Shown piece after piece: positions 39,195 through 52,595 of a stretch of 64,000 nucleotides of DNA. Below the pieces are notes generated by a model. It saw only the letters and a program-made list of their open reading frames with translations. It made no database searches and was not told the origin of the DNA. A program made the translations under genes and the position numbers. Numbering within the stretch: position 1 is the stretch's first letter; each line of letters starts with the position of its first letter. This DNA comes from Chiloscyllium plagiosum (lineage: Eukaryota), in contig NC_057719.1 in NCBI RefSeq assembly GCF_004010195.1, forward strand, positions 10,030,170-10,094,169, written 5' to 3'.

Positions 39195-39825
39195 TAGAGA
39201 AGTTGAAAAGACATTTTACATGCTTGCCTTCATTGCTCAGTCCTCTGAGTATAGGAGTTTGGAAGTCAAGTTGACGCTGTGCAGGACATTGGTGAGGCCT
39301 CTTCGGGTACACTGTCTCCAGTTCTGTTCACCCAGTTATAGTAAGGTACTATTAAGTTTGATAGGGTTCAGAGGAGATTTATCAGGATGTTGCCGGGCAT
39401 GGAAGGTTTGAGTTATAAAGAAAGGTTGGGGCCTTTTTCACTGGAACATAGGAAATTGAAATGTGATCTGATAAAAAGTTTATAAAATAATGAGGGATAT
39501 AGACATAGTTAATGGTAGTTGTCTTTTCCCGAGGATAAGGGATATCCAAGACTCCAGCCAAATTTTTAAGTTGAGAGGAGAAAGGTTTAAAAATGACATG
39601 AGGGACAAATTTTTTACATGAGGTTCATGTGTGGAATGAATTGCCAGAGGAAGTGGTGGGTGCAGGTACGATTACACCTTTTAAATACATTTGGTTAAGT
39701 ACATGAATAGGAAAGGTTTGGAGGGATATGGGCCAAATGCAGGCAGGTGGGGCTAGTTTAGTTTGGGATTATGTTCAGCTTGGACTGGTTGGGGTCTGTT
39801 TCCGCGCTTTATGACTTGACTCTAT
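39195..39825 (+). mobile_element. CR1-clade LINE 3' fragment
   Basis: MLAFIAQSSEYRSLEV..LVRP motif and tail. Confidence 0.88.
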
Positions 39826-40829
39826 AAGTACCTGTTTGGAGATTCTGTGATGAATGGGGGAAAGGTAAAGTGTCAGGAGTATTGTGAAAGTTCAGTGAAA
39901 ATGATTTGACAGCTTTGAATGTCACAATTAAATGTTATATTGTAATGTAGGTATGTTTTTAATGAATGATTCATCACATGCATCTGACCTACTCCTGTAG
40001 GCTCTCTTACATTGACTAGCAACAGGTAAGTGTTCGAATACATTTCAATAAATTTTCCATTGAAGAAAGTCGTATAATGTATTTAAAATGCAAACAAAAT
40101 GCCCTGTCAACCTTTTGCTGTCATATTTTGCATTGTCATTTAAGTTGACTGGCAGCTTTTGGTTCTTAAAAACCTCTCTCAAGGAATCTGAAAAATATAA
40201 AGCTGCACCCAATCCTCTCCAATGGTTAGGAGAAAGTGAGGACTGAACACCTAATCTTCCACCTTGGGACCCTTCAACTACACAGAATCAATGTCGATTT
40301 CACCAGTTTCCTCATATCCCCTCTCACCACCTTATCCCAGATCCAACCCTCCAACTCAGCACCACCCTCTTGAACTGTCCATCTTCCTTCCTGCCTATCT
40401 AGTCGACCCCCCCCTCCAACCTATCACCATCACCCCCCCACCTTCATCTACTTATCACATTCACAGCTACCTTCTCCTCAGTCCCACCTTCTTCCCATTT
40501 ACCTCTCAGCTCCCTTGGCCTCCTCATATTCTTCATGAAGGGCTTATGCTTGAAACATCAACACTTCTGCTCCTCGGATGCTGCCTGACCAGCTGTGTTT
40601 TTCCAGCGCCACACTTTTTGACTCCTCTCCAATGGTTGACAGATGTTGAAATAGGAATGGGCCATCTTTACACTCTGTTAGCTGCAGGCAATGTAGCTGG
40701 AGAAGTTTGTGCTGACAGAATTAGCCATTATGAATGTTAAGCCGTTATGAATGTTTGGCTGGGTTTCAAAAGTTCAATCAGGTGGCCCACTAATCCAAAT
40801 ATGATACCCGTTATTCAACATGCACTAAC

Positions 40830-40869
40830 CAAGTATGTTTCAAATCTGGTTTCCTGTTTGTTTATAAAC
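40830..40869 (-). CDS. internal exon (RFINKQETRFETYL)
   Basis: cttatcag acceptor, TTG|gttagt donor; 40 nt; the only open frame is phase 2->0, fitting both neighbours. Confidence 0.62.
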
Positions 40870-41694
40870 CTGATAAGCCTTAAAGTATTATACCTTTCTT
40901 TAAACTTGAGTACATTTGTTTCCTTTCTGGGATCAATTGTTATGGGCTAGACCAGACCCCCTCAAATTATTTAGCCGAGACCCTAACTTCTTTATTTTAC
41001 AGACAAATGTTCTAGATGCAATGTGACTGGTCGAAGTGCTCAACCTTAAACAAAATGGCGCAGTGTCTCAGTGGTTAGCACTGCTGCCTCATAGCACCAG
41101 GGACCCAGGTTCGATTCCTGCCTCAGGCAACTGTCCGAATGGAGTTAGTTCATTCTTCCCTTGTCTGCGTGGGTTCCCTCCAGATGCTCAAGTTTCTTCC
41201 CACAATCCAAAGATATGCAGGTAAGGTGAATTGGCCATGCTAGGGTGTCACGGTGGCTCAGTGGTTATCACTGCTACCTCTCAGTGCCAGGGTCCTAGGT
41301 TTGACTCCAGTCTTGGGCCACTGTCTGTGTGCAGTTTGCACATTCTCCCCGTGTCTGCGTAGGTTTCCTCTGGGTGCTCCAGTTTCCTCCCACAATCCAA
41401 AGATGTGCAGGTCAGGTGAACTGGCCATGCTAAATTACCCATAGTGTTCAAGGAGGTGTAGGCTAGGTGCATAAGTCAGGGATAAATATCGGGTAGGGGA
41501 ATGAATCTGGGTGGCCTACTCTTCAGAGGGTTGGTGTGGACTTGTTGGGCCGAAGGGCCTGTTTCCACAGTGTAGAGATTCTATGAAAATACAATATATT
41601 CAACATTGTAATTAACAACACAACAAAAGAAAAAGGAATTCAACTCTATTGGCATGCTTAACAGAATAATAGATACAGTAACCATTACTAATTA

Positions 41695-41823
41695 GGCAAA
41701 AGTGAGGACTGTATATGCTGGAAATCAGAGTTTAGATTAGAGTGGTTCTGGAAAAGCACATGCGGTCAGGCAGCATCCGAGTAGCAGGAAAATCGACGTT
41801 TCGGGCAAAAGCCCTTCATCAGG
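41695..41823 (-). mobile_element. 129-bp Penelope-derived insert flanked by 8-bp target-site duplication ACTAATTA
   Basis: actaatta at 41687-41694 and 41824-41831. Confidence 0.85.
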
Positions 41824-41826
41824 ACT
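41791..41826 (-). ncRNA. intact minimal type I hammerhead ribozyme motif
   Basis: AGTC-CTGATGA-A-GGGC-TTTT-GCCC-GAAAC-GTC-GATT: canonical core, perfect stem II, GUC triplet, ACGT palindrome, 4-bp stem I with one G.U. Confidence 0.7.
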
Positions 41827-42204
41827 AATTAACTGTTCCAATATAGTAACATGCCATAAACACACCCCTTGACAGAAAGGCAAATTCAGACACAGACTCT
41901 CATATACAGTTCTCCAATCCAGGAGGAAAAAATCATCAAGAGAAAATTCAGTGGGAGTAGCAGCCAGGACACTTTTACTGAACATTCCAACTCTGTATGG
42001 ACCCCAATGGTTTCTGGCACTGCTGAAAAATCAAAATCCAGACACCCTGATGTGTGAGAGATGGCCACATTCATCCAATAAAAATAAAACAAGGCCTCCC
42101 AAGCTGTTTACTCAAGTGTCTTCAGTCGCCAGCTTACTACCTCTCATTTAATCTCGCTCTTAAATGAAACCAGCAGAAAATAACTTCTTAAACTTAACTA
42201 TCTA

Positions 42205-42390
42205 AACCCACAATACACCAGCACCCCCTCCTCACCAATCCCCCATCCACTCCCACAATACAACAGCTCCTCTTCCTCACCCATCCAGCATCCACCCCCA
42301 CAATACACCAGCTCCCCCTCCTCGCCCATTCTCCATCCACCCCCACAATACACCAGCTCCCCCTCATCACCCTTTCCCCCTCCAGCATCT
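42205..42390. repeat. 44-bp minisatellite (cccacaatacaccagctccccctcctc...), about 4 copies
   Basis: Direct tandem units. Confidence 0.9.
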
Positions 42391-42827
42391 ACAGCATCGC
42401 CCATCAGGTGGGTTTGTCTTCAGATTTTTGTTTGATTGTAAGAAAATTCATCAATCATTTTATAATAATGATAATGAAAATGGGGATGGGTGGGGGTAGA
42501 AATAGCATGTGGGAAAATGGGTAATCTGAGAAAGATTGTGCGCGCTAAGGGCTGGGATGGTGAGAGGTCTCAGCAGTGATGTTTAGGGGAACTACAAATG
42601 ATGCTGGAAGCTGGGCAGTTCTGTTGGGGAACTAAGCTGGGTTTCTGTATCAATACTCCTCAAGTCCTCCACTGCAGCTCTCAACCGTGCACCCCAAATG
42701 CTGGGTGAAAGGTCAGAATTCCAGACAATGGGTTTGGTTCACATACCGGAAGTGCCCAGGTCAGGTTTCCCAATGTCTCAGGAAAACCAATCCTGAAGAT
42801 CTGCAACTTTACAGAGAAAACGCCCAC

Positions 42828-42982
42828 CTTTCCTCAGTTGTGAAATACGTCAGGAAACAGAGTACTGCTGTGTATCCTTGAATCCATGTGTCAGCACCGC
42901 GTTGGTGAATATTTTTAATGTACATGTTAGCACAGCATTTCCAGTGTGGAATATGAGCCGGGACTTGCAATTGATACACAGT
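42828..42982 (-). CDS. internal exon (TVYQLQVPAHIPHWKCCANMYIKNIHQRGADTWIQGYTAVLCFLTYFTTEE)
   Basis: Acceptor tttcctacccatcaatttcacag, donor AAG|gtgggc; 155 nt open, phase 0->2. Confidence 0.8.
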
Positions 42983-45084
42983 CTGTGAAATTGATGGGTA
43001 GGAAATTACCAGTTGGTGCATGATGGCTCGAGCATTATGACCAGATGCTACCTCTCCTTCTCATCCCTGCCAAATAATCTCCTAGAAGAAAAGATCTAAA
43101 AACACACAGCAATCCAATTTGAAGTTGGAGTGATTCATTTCGATAGGAAGGAGGCAGAGAAACGAAACAAAATAAGACATACAATTCTAAGGGGGAGCGT
43201 GGGTGGAAGTGGGGGCAGGGGCAGGGGGGGTGGCAATGAAACCATCACGTCCCTACCTCTGAGCCAGGAAGCATGCGGTTTGAATTCCATCTGCCCTACA
43301 CGTGTGGCACAACACATCAGAACAAGTTTATTAAAATAAATGCAATTCTGAAGGGGAAGCAAGATTTGATTTGATTTATTGTAGTCACATGTACCTAAAT
43401 ACAGTGAAAAGCTTTGTTTTGTGAGCAGTACAGGCATGTCATAGCAAAGAAGGACCCATAAATCATAGGCTGCTTAGGCGGAGTGAGGCATACAAGGTTA
43501 AAGCTGCACAGAGGTGTGCAAAGCTAGATCAACATTAGCAAGATCAACATTATTGAAAGTTAGAGACATCCATTTAGCAATCTAATAAGGGCAGGGAAGA
43601 AACTGTTCTTGAATCTGTTGGTGCATGTGTTCAAACTTCTGTACCTTCTGCCATCTCTCAATTCCCATTGCCCTTCAAACCCTCCACTGACTCCCATAGT
43701 CATTCATACAATCAATGCTAAACTATGCCCCCAGGGTCCCTATGCTCTCCAGGGTCCCTCTTATCCATTATGCCAAGCTATTGCACCTGCATGCCCATTC
43801 AACCATAATACATACTGGATTGAACCAATATCATGGCAGCTGGTTGTGATTCTGAGACTTGGCAGAGGGCCAAGTCATCCATTAGACTGTTGAAACAGCT
43901 GAGCCCTCAAGGAAACACTATTTGATAGACAGCTCTGGCTCTCTAATGTCTTCTCTCAATGGTGTGACATTTATTTCCACAAGGTTTCAAGTGTGTGCAG
44001 TCGCTGCTACTGACACTTTAAAAGGATCTGGATAATTGAGTCTTTTGTTGGTCTGCAATGAGAGGAATTTTTTTTCAGAAAGAAGAAATGTATTCTTTTT
44101 AAAGCTTTTTTAAACAAACCACATTCTACGGCTGCAGCGGTTCAATGGGCATGGACATGCAAATCATTAAATGCTTTTAAGGCAGTGATAGATAGGTTCT
44201 TAATTAGTAAGGGACTAAGGGTTACAGGGAGAAGTCAGGAGGATGGGGCAAAGAAATATATCGATCATGATTTAACGATGGATCAGTCTCAATGGACTTA
44301 AATTCTACTCTTATTACTGAAACTATATGAATTCTCTATCTTGCACCAAAGGTAGCCATTAACATTAATAGATTTTGAACAAGTTTGGTTCATGCCATGT
44401 ATTACTCCTTTTTCACAAGGCAGTTAAAACAGCACTTGAACATGACTCCATCATAAAGGACAATGAACTTGAAGTAAGGTATACAGCACTACATTTTTAG
44501 TTCCCTTAATAAAATTTATTGACATGAACAAGTCTCAAAATTACACAATATTTTATCTTAGGTATTCATTCACTGGTTACTTGCCTACACTGAATATAAT
44601 ACTTTTGATCCAACATGTCTAGATGGTAAATCAACTTTGAAGGGTGTGTTTTGATTTTTAAAGCCAACAGCACTTAGTAACACAAATATGACAGATTTCT
44701 AGCTGCTTATATACTGAAGAAAACAAAACAATTAAAAACTACAAAATAAAGACTGGAAGCACTCAGCAGGTTGTACCTGACACATTTAACATTGAACTGG
44801 ATCATTTTCCACACAAATTTCTGACCTGTTTAATGGCTGCAGCATCTTCCTCCTGTGATTTTATATACAGCTGGGGATGTAGTTCTACTTTCGCTCATTC
44901 ACATTTCCTTTGTTTGACTCAGACATTATTTACAAGGATATCCCTCCTATTATTTTCTCCCTGCTCCTCTTCAATGCGAATTGCCAAATAGTGAACATTA
45001 AGAAGATTTTTGTTTAATCCTCTTACTGTGACATGGAGGGAGTTTAATGCCGCCCATTTAAGAGTCCCGTCTCACCCACTATTT

Positions 45085-45700
45085 TTTTTTATTATTCACT
45101 CATGGGATGTGGGCTGATATTTCCTCTCCCTAGTTGCCATTGAGAAGGTGGTGGTGAGCTGCCTTCTTGAACCATTGCAGTCCATGTGCTGCAGGTCAAC
45201 CCACAATGCCCCTAGGGACGGAATTCCAGGATTTTGATCCAGTGACACTGAAGGAACAGCAATATATTTCCAAGTCAGAACAGTGAGTGGCTTGGAGGGG
45301 AACTTCCAGTTATGGTGGCATCCCCATGTATCCGCTGCCCTTGTCCTTCTAAGTGCCACTGGTGGTAGGTTTGGAAGGTTTAGTCTAAAGTGTCTTCATG
45401 AATTTCTGTGGTACACTGCTGCTATGGAGCTTCAGTAGTGGAGAGGAGTGGTTGTGGTGTCACTCAAGCAGGATGTTTTTCTTGGATGGTGTTAAATGTT
45501 TTGAGCATTGGTGGGGCTGGAACTATCCAGGCACATGGGGGATATTTAATTACAATCTTGACTTGTGCATTGTAGATGACAGATAGGATTTGGGGAGTCA
45601 GGTGGTGAGCTATTTGTTGTAGTATTCCTAGTCTCTGACCTGCTCTTGCGGCCACTGTATATAGCGAGTCCAGTTCAGTGTTTGGTCAATGGTAGCAACT
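45085..45700 (-). mobile_element. non-LTR retrotransposon 3' fragment, same family as 1-460
   Basis: RAGQRLGIL...YPPCAW...FNTIQEK and TWKYIAVPSV motifs. Confidence 0.75.
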
Positions 45701-45704
45701 CTTG

Positions 45705-46390
45705 GAATCCCTACAGTGTGGAAGCAGGCTGTTCAGCCCATCAAGTCCTTCCAATGAGCATCCCACCAAGACTCTATCCCTGTAATCCTGAATTTCCCAT
45801 GACTAATCCACCTAGCTGGCATATCTTTGGACTGTGGGAAGAAACCAGAGCACCTGAAGGAAACCTTCCTGAGAGACATGCAAACTCTACACAGACTGTA
45901 ACCCAAGGGTGGAATCGAACCTGGGTCCCTGGTGCTGTGAGGCATCTGTACTAACCACTGAGCCACCATGTTCCTACTCACCAGACCATTTCAAAACGTT
46001 AACCTTTGCTCAGGCTGTAATACTGTACATGGGAAGGAAGTAGGAAGATGGTGGCGTCCCCACCCACTTATCTTATTAAATATCCACCCATTCCTAAAGG
46101 GTGGCACAGCGGCTCAGCAGTTAGCGCTGCTGCCTCACAGCGCAGGGACCCGGGTTCGATTCTGGGTTCGGGCAACTGTCTGTGTGGAGTTTGCATATTC
46201 TCCCTGTGTCTGTGTGGGTGTGCTCCAGTGTCCTCCCACATTCCAAAAAGATGTGCAGGTCAGGTGAATTGGCCATGCTAAATTGCTTATCGTGTTAGGC
46301 GCATGAGTCTGAGTACGTTACTCTTCGGAGGGTCGGTGTGGATTTGTTGGGCCAAAGGGGCTGTTACCACACTGTAGGGAACCTAATCAA
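45705..46390. mobile_element. two divergent HE1-type SINEs (45705-45970 -, 46098-46390 +)
   Basis: Head and core homology. Confidence 0.85.
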
Positions 46391-46987
46391 AGTCACCATG
46401 TGAAAAAGCATCAAATATTACCATTACAGGAAGTGATACTAGCTCAGTTCTGTCTTGACTGAAGTCAGCTCAGTCAGTCAGTATCAAAGATCCCAAGGTA
46501 AGACTCAGTGGGCATGCTCTCTTAAGCACTACACATGCATGTGGTTTGCTGCTGGGATGAATTGGAATGGTCGCAGGGTTATGACCATTGTAAGCTCTGT
46601 GCCCATAACCAGGCCCTGGAAAATAATTCCTCTTCATCTCTTAGCTACCTTTAAATCCCTTAAATTCAAATGGGTCAGAAACAATTAACATGATTGGAGA
46701 GTTTAGCAGAAAAATGGCACATAGCCTGGAGCCTACTTACTGTGGAACAGCAGCACAACCAGTCAAGTTAATTGAAACCAACTGCTGAAGATAACAGCAT
46801 CATTTGAAAGGGCATTAAATGATGAATAAAACAATACAAAACACTACTTTGGTGCCTAGAGGGACCTAGATCCAGCATGAATTTTATTCTAATTTGCATC
46901 AGAACATTTCATTCTCAAGTCTGAAGATATTGCAACATAAGTGAAGATGAAGAGATAAAGATCCCAACATAGCAAACAAAAGGAAGC

Positions 46988-47320
46988 TTGGAGTGGTATT
47001 ATCACTGCACTGTTAATCCAGAGTCTAGATAATGTTCTGGGGACACACATTCAAATCCTGCCATGGCAAGTGGTGGAATTGGAATTCAATAAATATCTGG
47101 AATGCAGAATCTAATGATGACCATGAATCCATTACTGATTGTCAGGAAAAACCCCATCTGGTTCACTAATACCCTTTCGGGAAGGAGTCTGCCATCCTTA
47201 CCTGGTCTGGCCTACACATGACTCCAGGCCCACAGCAATGCAGTTGACTCCTAACTTAGGGATGGATTATAACTGCTGACCCAGCCAGTGACGCCCTCAT
47301 CTCATAAATGAATAAAATGA
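46988..47320 (+). mobile_element. tRNA-derived SINE of a second family (possibly SacSINE1/DeuSINE-like); other copies at ~48025-48360, 50990-51330 (-), 52785-53060, 53515-53750 (-), 61480-61790, 62822-63050
   Basis: Shared core cccatctggttcactaat..ggaagga..ccttacctggtctggcctaca..ttgactcttaactgccctctg; tail matches the 1-460 LINE tail. Family name is from recall only. Confidence 0.7.
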
Positions 47321-47890
47321 AAAGGAACTGCTTCATTGACAGCTTTTCTACAAAACTCAGTGAGTTAAAGTCTCATCACACTGTGGGTTGTGTTCTCACC
47401 TCCAGACCAGGAGCCTCTGGCTTCAAGTCTCACTTCAGGACTGAAAGCTGTGTTCACAGCATGGTCAAATAGTTTGGTTACCAGTTTCTATAATTCCTTC
47501 TGATGGGCCCTTATCAGGAATAGAAGAGTTTCCTGGTCTGTCAGAAACCATGTGGTAGCAGCAGTACAACAGCCTCCCAATGTTAAGAGACTCCTCGTGC
47601 CTGCGATTTTACCCTGAAGTTCAGAATTTATTGGAAACTATTATATGGGAATAAATATTGATGGCATGTGAGTATGTAAAAAGCCTGAACCCATATGCTG
47701 GTGTAATACTCAACACTTTGCAAGCAATGGCCTACTGGCTGGGCTGTTAATCCAGAGACCCAGGTAATGTTCTGGGGACCTGAGTTCAAATCATGGTTTT
47801 AAGTTCCACAAATGATTGCATCAAATCACTGCCAATCTTATTCTCCTCATTAATTTGTACTTGACTGAAGAAAGGTAATAAAATACACAC

Positions 47891-47938
47891 CTTGGAAGAT
47901 TGGAATGGTTTTAAATGTCCGACCACGTTGACAACATC
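47891..47938 (-). CDS. internal exon (DVVNVVGHLKPFQSSK)
   Basis: Acceptor tttccttttggtcggacactgtcag, donor AAG|gtgtgt; 48 nt, phase 0->0. Confidence 0.6.
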
Positions 47939-50239
47939 CTGACAGTGTCCGACCAAAAGGAAACACATTCCACATTTCCATATCAGAAGTGACATTAACA
48001 TTTATTTTACAGTAAGCGAGGCGACGGCCTGGTGGTATTATTGCCAGACTATTAACCCAGAGACACAGGAAATGTTCAAGGGACCTGGGTTTGAATCCTT
48101 CCATGTGAGGTGGTGGAATGTGAATTCAATAAAAAGCACGAAACACAAACCTAATGATGACCATGTTGACTGTTCAGAAGAACCCATTTGGTTCACTAAT
48201 ATCCCTTAGGGAAGGAGATCTGCCAACCTCAACCTGGTCTGGTCACATGTGACTCCAGCAAAGTGTTTGACTCTTAACTGCCCTCTGGGCAATTAAGGAT
48301 TGGCAGTGAAAGCTGGCACTAGCTAGCGATGCTCATATCCTACAAACAAATTTAAAAAAACAGACTTTATCCCTGCATCGGAACCTGCTGTTGAAATTGC
48401 ACATCACCTCATCCTTGAAGACTCTGAATCTCCTCCACAAATCCCCTACTACTCTGTTTCTCTCTCCACAGAGACTGTCTGACCTCCTGAGTATTTCCAG
48501 CATTAAAAACAGAAAGTTCTGGAAAAACTCCTCAGCAAGTCTGGCAAGGTCTGTGAAGAAAGTATCAGCTTTTTGAGGCTGCTACGTTAGCACAGACACC
48601 ATGATACTCCGGCCTGTATAACTGCACGACTCTTCTTCAGAACTCGAGAACTGAAGAGGAGTCGTATCCGACTTGAAACGTTTACTCTGTTTCTCTCCTG
48701 ACCTTCCAGACCTGCTGAGTTTCTCCAGTGTTTACTGTTGTCAATTCAGATTTCCAGCATCCAGTGTTTTAATTCTCGCATTTTCTGATTTTGATCAGGG
48801 GCTATCAGTACAGGTGGTGAAAAGCCTGGTCAAGTAGTTAGGTTTTAAGAGAACCTAAAGGAGTAGGAGAGATGCAGAAAGGTTTGGCCAGGAAATTACT
48901 GAGCTTGAATGTGATTGAAAGGCTCCTGGGGATAGAACCATGTTGCTGAAAATGCTAGAAATAGAGGAACACAGAAACTTCAAAGGTTGGCAGAGTTTAC
49001 AGAAAGGCAAAATTGGAAAATGGGGATGCGAATGTTGAAATTGATATTATTTTCAAACTTTGATTTTGGCTTCCTGAAGTTGGGGTCACGAGCCAACATT
49101 TTTGGGGTTGTGAGATGCGAGGCAGTAATGGCCATCAATAGATAAGGCCAATGCTCTTGCCCTAATGGGCCCTCACTCCCACAGTTCTCTCCGAGGCCTT
49201 GCGACAATTATCCAACCGCGGAATGAGATTGCGGCAGGAAAATGTTTGGGAAGCATTGGTCTCAGCCCTCAGCTCTAAAACTCTCTCCCTAAACACTGCC
49301 ATCTCTTCAAATTTAATTAATCCATTAAAATGCTCCACAAGCTTTTGACCAAGTTGTTGGTCACCTGCCATAACACTCAATGTCAAACTGCATTACATAT
49401 TTGTTGCTTGAAAGACCCTGAGATACTTTAATACATTAACCAAATTGTATTATTTTTCTGGTTCCTTTTTCACTCATCAGACCCTGTGGTACTAACCTAT
49501 CATGAAACAGCAATGCTCATGTTTTTAAAAAATTGTCCATTGAATAAATAAATCAAAGCAGTTTACAAAATTTGCATTCAATTGTTGCATTCTCGTTGTG
49601 GCTCTGATGCACTATCCTTTCAGAATGTTCCGTAAACACATTACACACATCACAGAGTGAGCAATAACAGAAGATCACGAATCACGCTGTGTGCTGTACT
49701 TCTCAAGACGATCAGAAAATTTAGTTTACACAATCATCATCAAATTTCCCTTTCTATTTTTCTCTGTTTCAACATTTGCCACAAGACTAATTAAATAATC
49801 AGAATTCAAATAATCAGGTTTAGAAAGATCAAACAGTAGTCTCGCTTTTATATATTTAGAAGCTTTTCAGCACAGACACATGCATCATCATCATCATCAT
49901 CCAACTCCAAGCTAGCAATCCAGTTTCAGCCCATCAGTGCAGTTGAGGTCTCAATTAATACTCACCACCTCAATACACACGAAATTAACACATTGTAAGA
50001 AAAACAAATCTAAAATTAAACTCAATCAAATCCATGCAATCTTCTAGAACATCAATTCATAGAATCATACAGTACAGATGAGGCCCTTCTGCCTATCAAG
50101 TCTGTACTATCAAAAATACATTGCTACATACACCAGTCTCACTTTCCCATACGAGGCTCATAGCCTTGAATGTTATGACACTTCAAGTGCTTTTTACAAG
50201 TTACGGGGTTTCCCATCTCAGCTACCCTGTCAAGGAGGC

Positions 50240-50465
50240 GAAAGTGAGGACTGCAGATGCTGGAAATCAGATTCAAGATTAGAGTGGTGCTGGAAAAGAA
50301 CAGCAGGTCAGGCAGCATCTGAGGAGCAGGAAAATTGGCATTTCAGGCAGGAGCCCTTCATCAGCCCTTCCTGTGGAAGGGCTGCTGCCTGAAACGTCAA
50401 TCTTCCTGCTCCTCGGATGCTGCCTGACCTGCTGTGCTTGTCCAGCACCACTCTCATCTTGACTC
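50240..50465. repeat. head-to-head inverted pair of Penelope-derived hammerhead-bearing repeats (fold-back)
   Basis: 50279-50365 is the reverse complement of ~50375-50460. Confidence 0.85.
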
Positions 50466-51564
50466 TCTACCCTCGCAGGGAGTCCATTCCATTCTCCCAC
50501 CACCCTCTGGGAGAAATGGTTTTTCCTTAAATCACCTCTAAACTTCCTGCCTTTCATTTTAAAAGATTTACCCCTTGTTTTTAATCTTATAGATTTTTAA
50601 TACATTTTTCTGAAAATACTCGTGTTGTCACCACCAGTACATCTGAATGCTGCTTATCTTTTCATAATCAAGTTGCAAGGTAGGTTCAAGAATTCAGCTC
50701 AGGCAACAGATAATCAAAACCATGATTTGTGCACATGATATTTTAAACTCTAACATTAAATTCATTCCTTCACTAAGGATCAAACTAAATCCGAAACTAT
50801 CTTTTGGAATCTCCAACTACAACTGGCTCCAATGACTACTCATGGCTAGCTTTATGACATGTGAATGCTTTGGTTTTTACTACTGGAATGCTATACGTAA
50901 ATTGCCCTGAACAAATTCAATAAATGTTCACTTGGCATCATGTAATTGGTGTCCTACATAGTGTCAGGAAGGCTTGAACAAACCAATTCCTGCATGATTC
51001 ATTCCTAGTGTCTCGGAAGCAATTATTGCCTGTTTCTCATGGCCCAGAGGGCAGTTAAGAGCCAACCACATTGCTGTGGAGACACATGTAGGCCAGAACA
51101 AATAAAGGCAGCAGTTTCCTTTCCTGAAGGACATTAGTGAATCAGATGGACTTTTCCCTGACAATCAACAAAGGTTTCATGGTTATCATTAAGCACTTAA
51201 TTCCAGAGCTTTTTTTTAAAAAAAGATTGAATTCAAATTCACAAGGAATTGAGCACAGATCACAGAAATATTAAACACCAAACCTCCCTGGGTCCCTGGA
51301 TCAATAGATTAGCGATAATGCCACGATGTTATCCCTTTCCTCCTTAATCTTTGGATTTAGTTGTGCTGACTCTAGGATGGACAAAGTCGGGAACAAACAC
51401 TACCTGAAGGATGGCAGCACTGTCAGGGTGCATCTTCCATACATCTCATAGAAGTTACAACGTTTAAAAGATATTTGGATAAGTAGATTCATAAGAAATG
51501 TTTGGTGGGACAAGTTTAGTGGAAGGATCTATTTCCATGCTATGACTCAACAAGTTATTCTCAC

Positions 51565-51597
51565 ATTGAGATGTCGTACATATAACTGCCTTGCTAA
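51565..51597 (-). CDS. 33-nt internal micro-exon (LARQLYVRHLN)
   Basis: Acceptor tttgatcattgtttctcag, donor AAT|gtgaga; phase 0->0. Confidence 0.5.
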
Positions 51598-52575
51598 CTG
51601 AGAAACAATGATCAAACCAGAGACTTAAAACAAAGATGATACCAGAACTCATGGTGCAACTGCAATAAAACATTCAACTGAATCATAGAGTGATTGAAAG
51701 GCGTTAATTATAGAATGTTATCCGTCTGCTACTGAGGTCGGTGCATTGGGCTAAACTCTCCTAATGTTAGGTAATAGAATTTAGATAAGACAAGAACAGA
51801 GAAAGTAAAAGGACATTGAAAATAAGAGGAAAAGATATCTAGTCAAATAATAATCATTGAAAGTAAATCAGCGCACTTTCAGCCTGTAGTGTAAGCAGTT
51901 GGGAGTTCATTGCAATTTAGTCCTCCAGATTATATTTAAACAATCCTGGAATTCTTGGCACTTGAGGAAGTCTCAAAGAAGTTGGTGAGCCGAAGGGGGA
52001 AACTTCGAGAAATGGCGGTGACCATTCACCGTGAGCCATTCTCTCCTTAGCAATACCAGGATGCAGGGATTGAGGGACACAAAGCTTAACATTCAGAGGA
52101 ATCATTTTATTTTTACCATGGCCACAATAAAGGCTCCAACTCGAGTGTAACACCCAGCAATCTAAGTCTCAGCACACTCGCCGCAAGCAAACCAGATTCA
52201 TTGTGACAAACAGTTTGAATGTTAATTCAATTTTATAGATGGTGTGAACTATAGTTCCCAGTCAAGTGCTTTCTCATTCTTTCAAATAAAAATAAAGCGA
52301 CAGAGAGTCAACTATCATACATACGTGTTCCTCCTGAGTCTGTAAAATGGCTGGTAATATGGGCTATTGCAGCAGTTAATATCAAGCTTCCATTTGTCAT
52401 CATTATGGCTACAGGGTTTTTCTTGAGAGCAGCAGATGCAGTTCAACTGAAGACAAATAAATATGTTTGTTCAATTTTTATTCTGTTCATTTCCTGGCAT
52501 GTGATGTGTAATTATGCCACGAATGCAGGGCAGCCCATCTGTAAAGATCAACAATTGGCTTTTTACATTGCTCAC

Positions 52576-52595
52576 TGATGTGGATCGCTGTCCAA
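52576..52595 (-). CDS. candidate 20-nt micro-exon (xGQRSTS if phase 1->0)
   Basis: Strong acceptor tttttttcttttgactgtggactttctcag, donor CA|gtgagc. Confidence 0.4.

Larger units (their letters stand above)
40938..42195. mobile_element. probable solo LTR-like repeat (starts TGTTATGG) with nested tandem HE1 SINEs (41057-41585) and a PLE-derived insert
   Basis: TG start; non-coding sequence resumes seamlessly after each nested insertion; family not verified. Confidence 0.4.

Noticed and set aside
44585..44713. Strong minus-strand acceptor tgttttgttttcttcag
   Set aside because: All three frames stop before a convincing donor.
51917..52153. 78-aa minus ORF (ERMAHGEWSPPFLEVSPFGSP...) as an extra exon
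   Set aside because: Splice boundaries are ambiguous and weak, and it is not needed to maintain the frame; cannot be supported, though not excluded.
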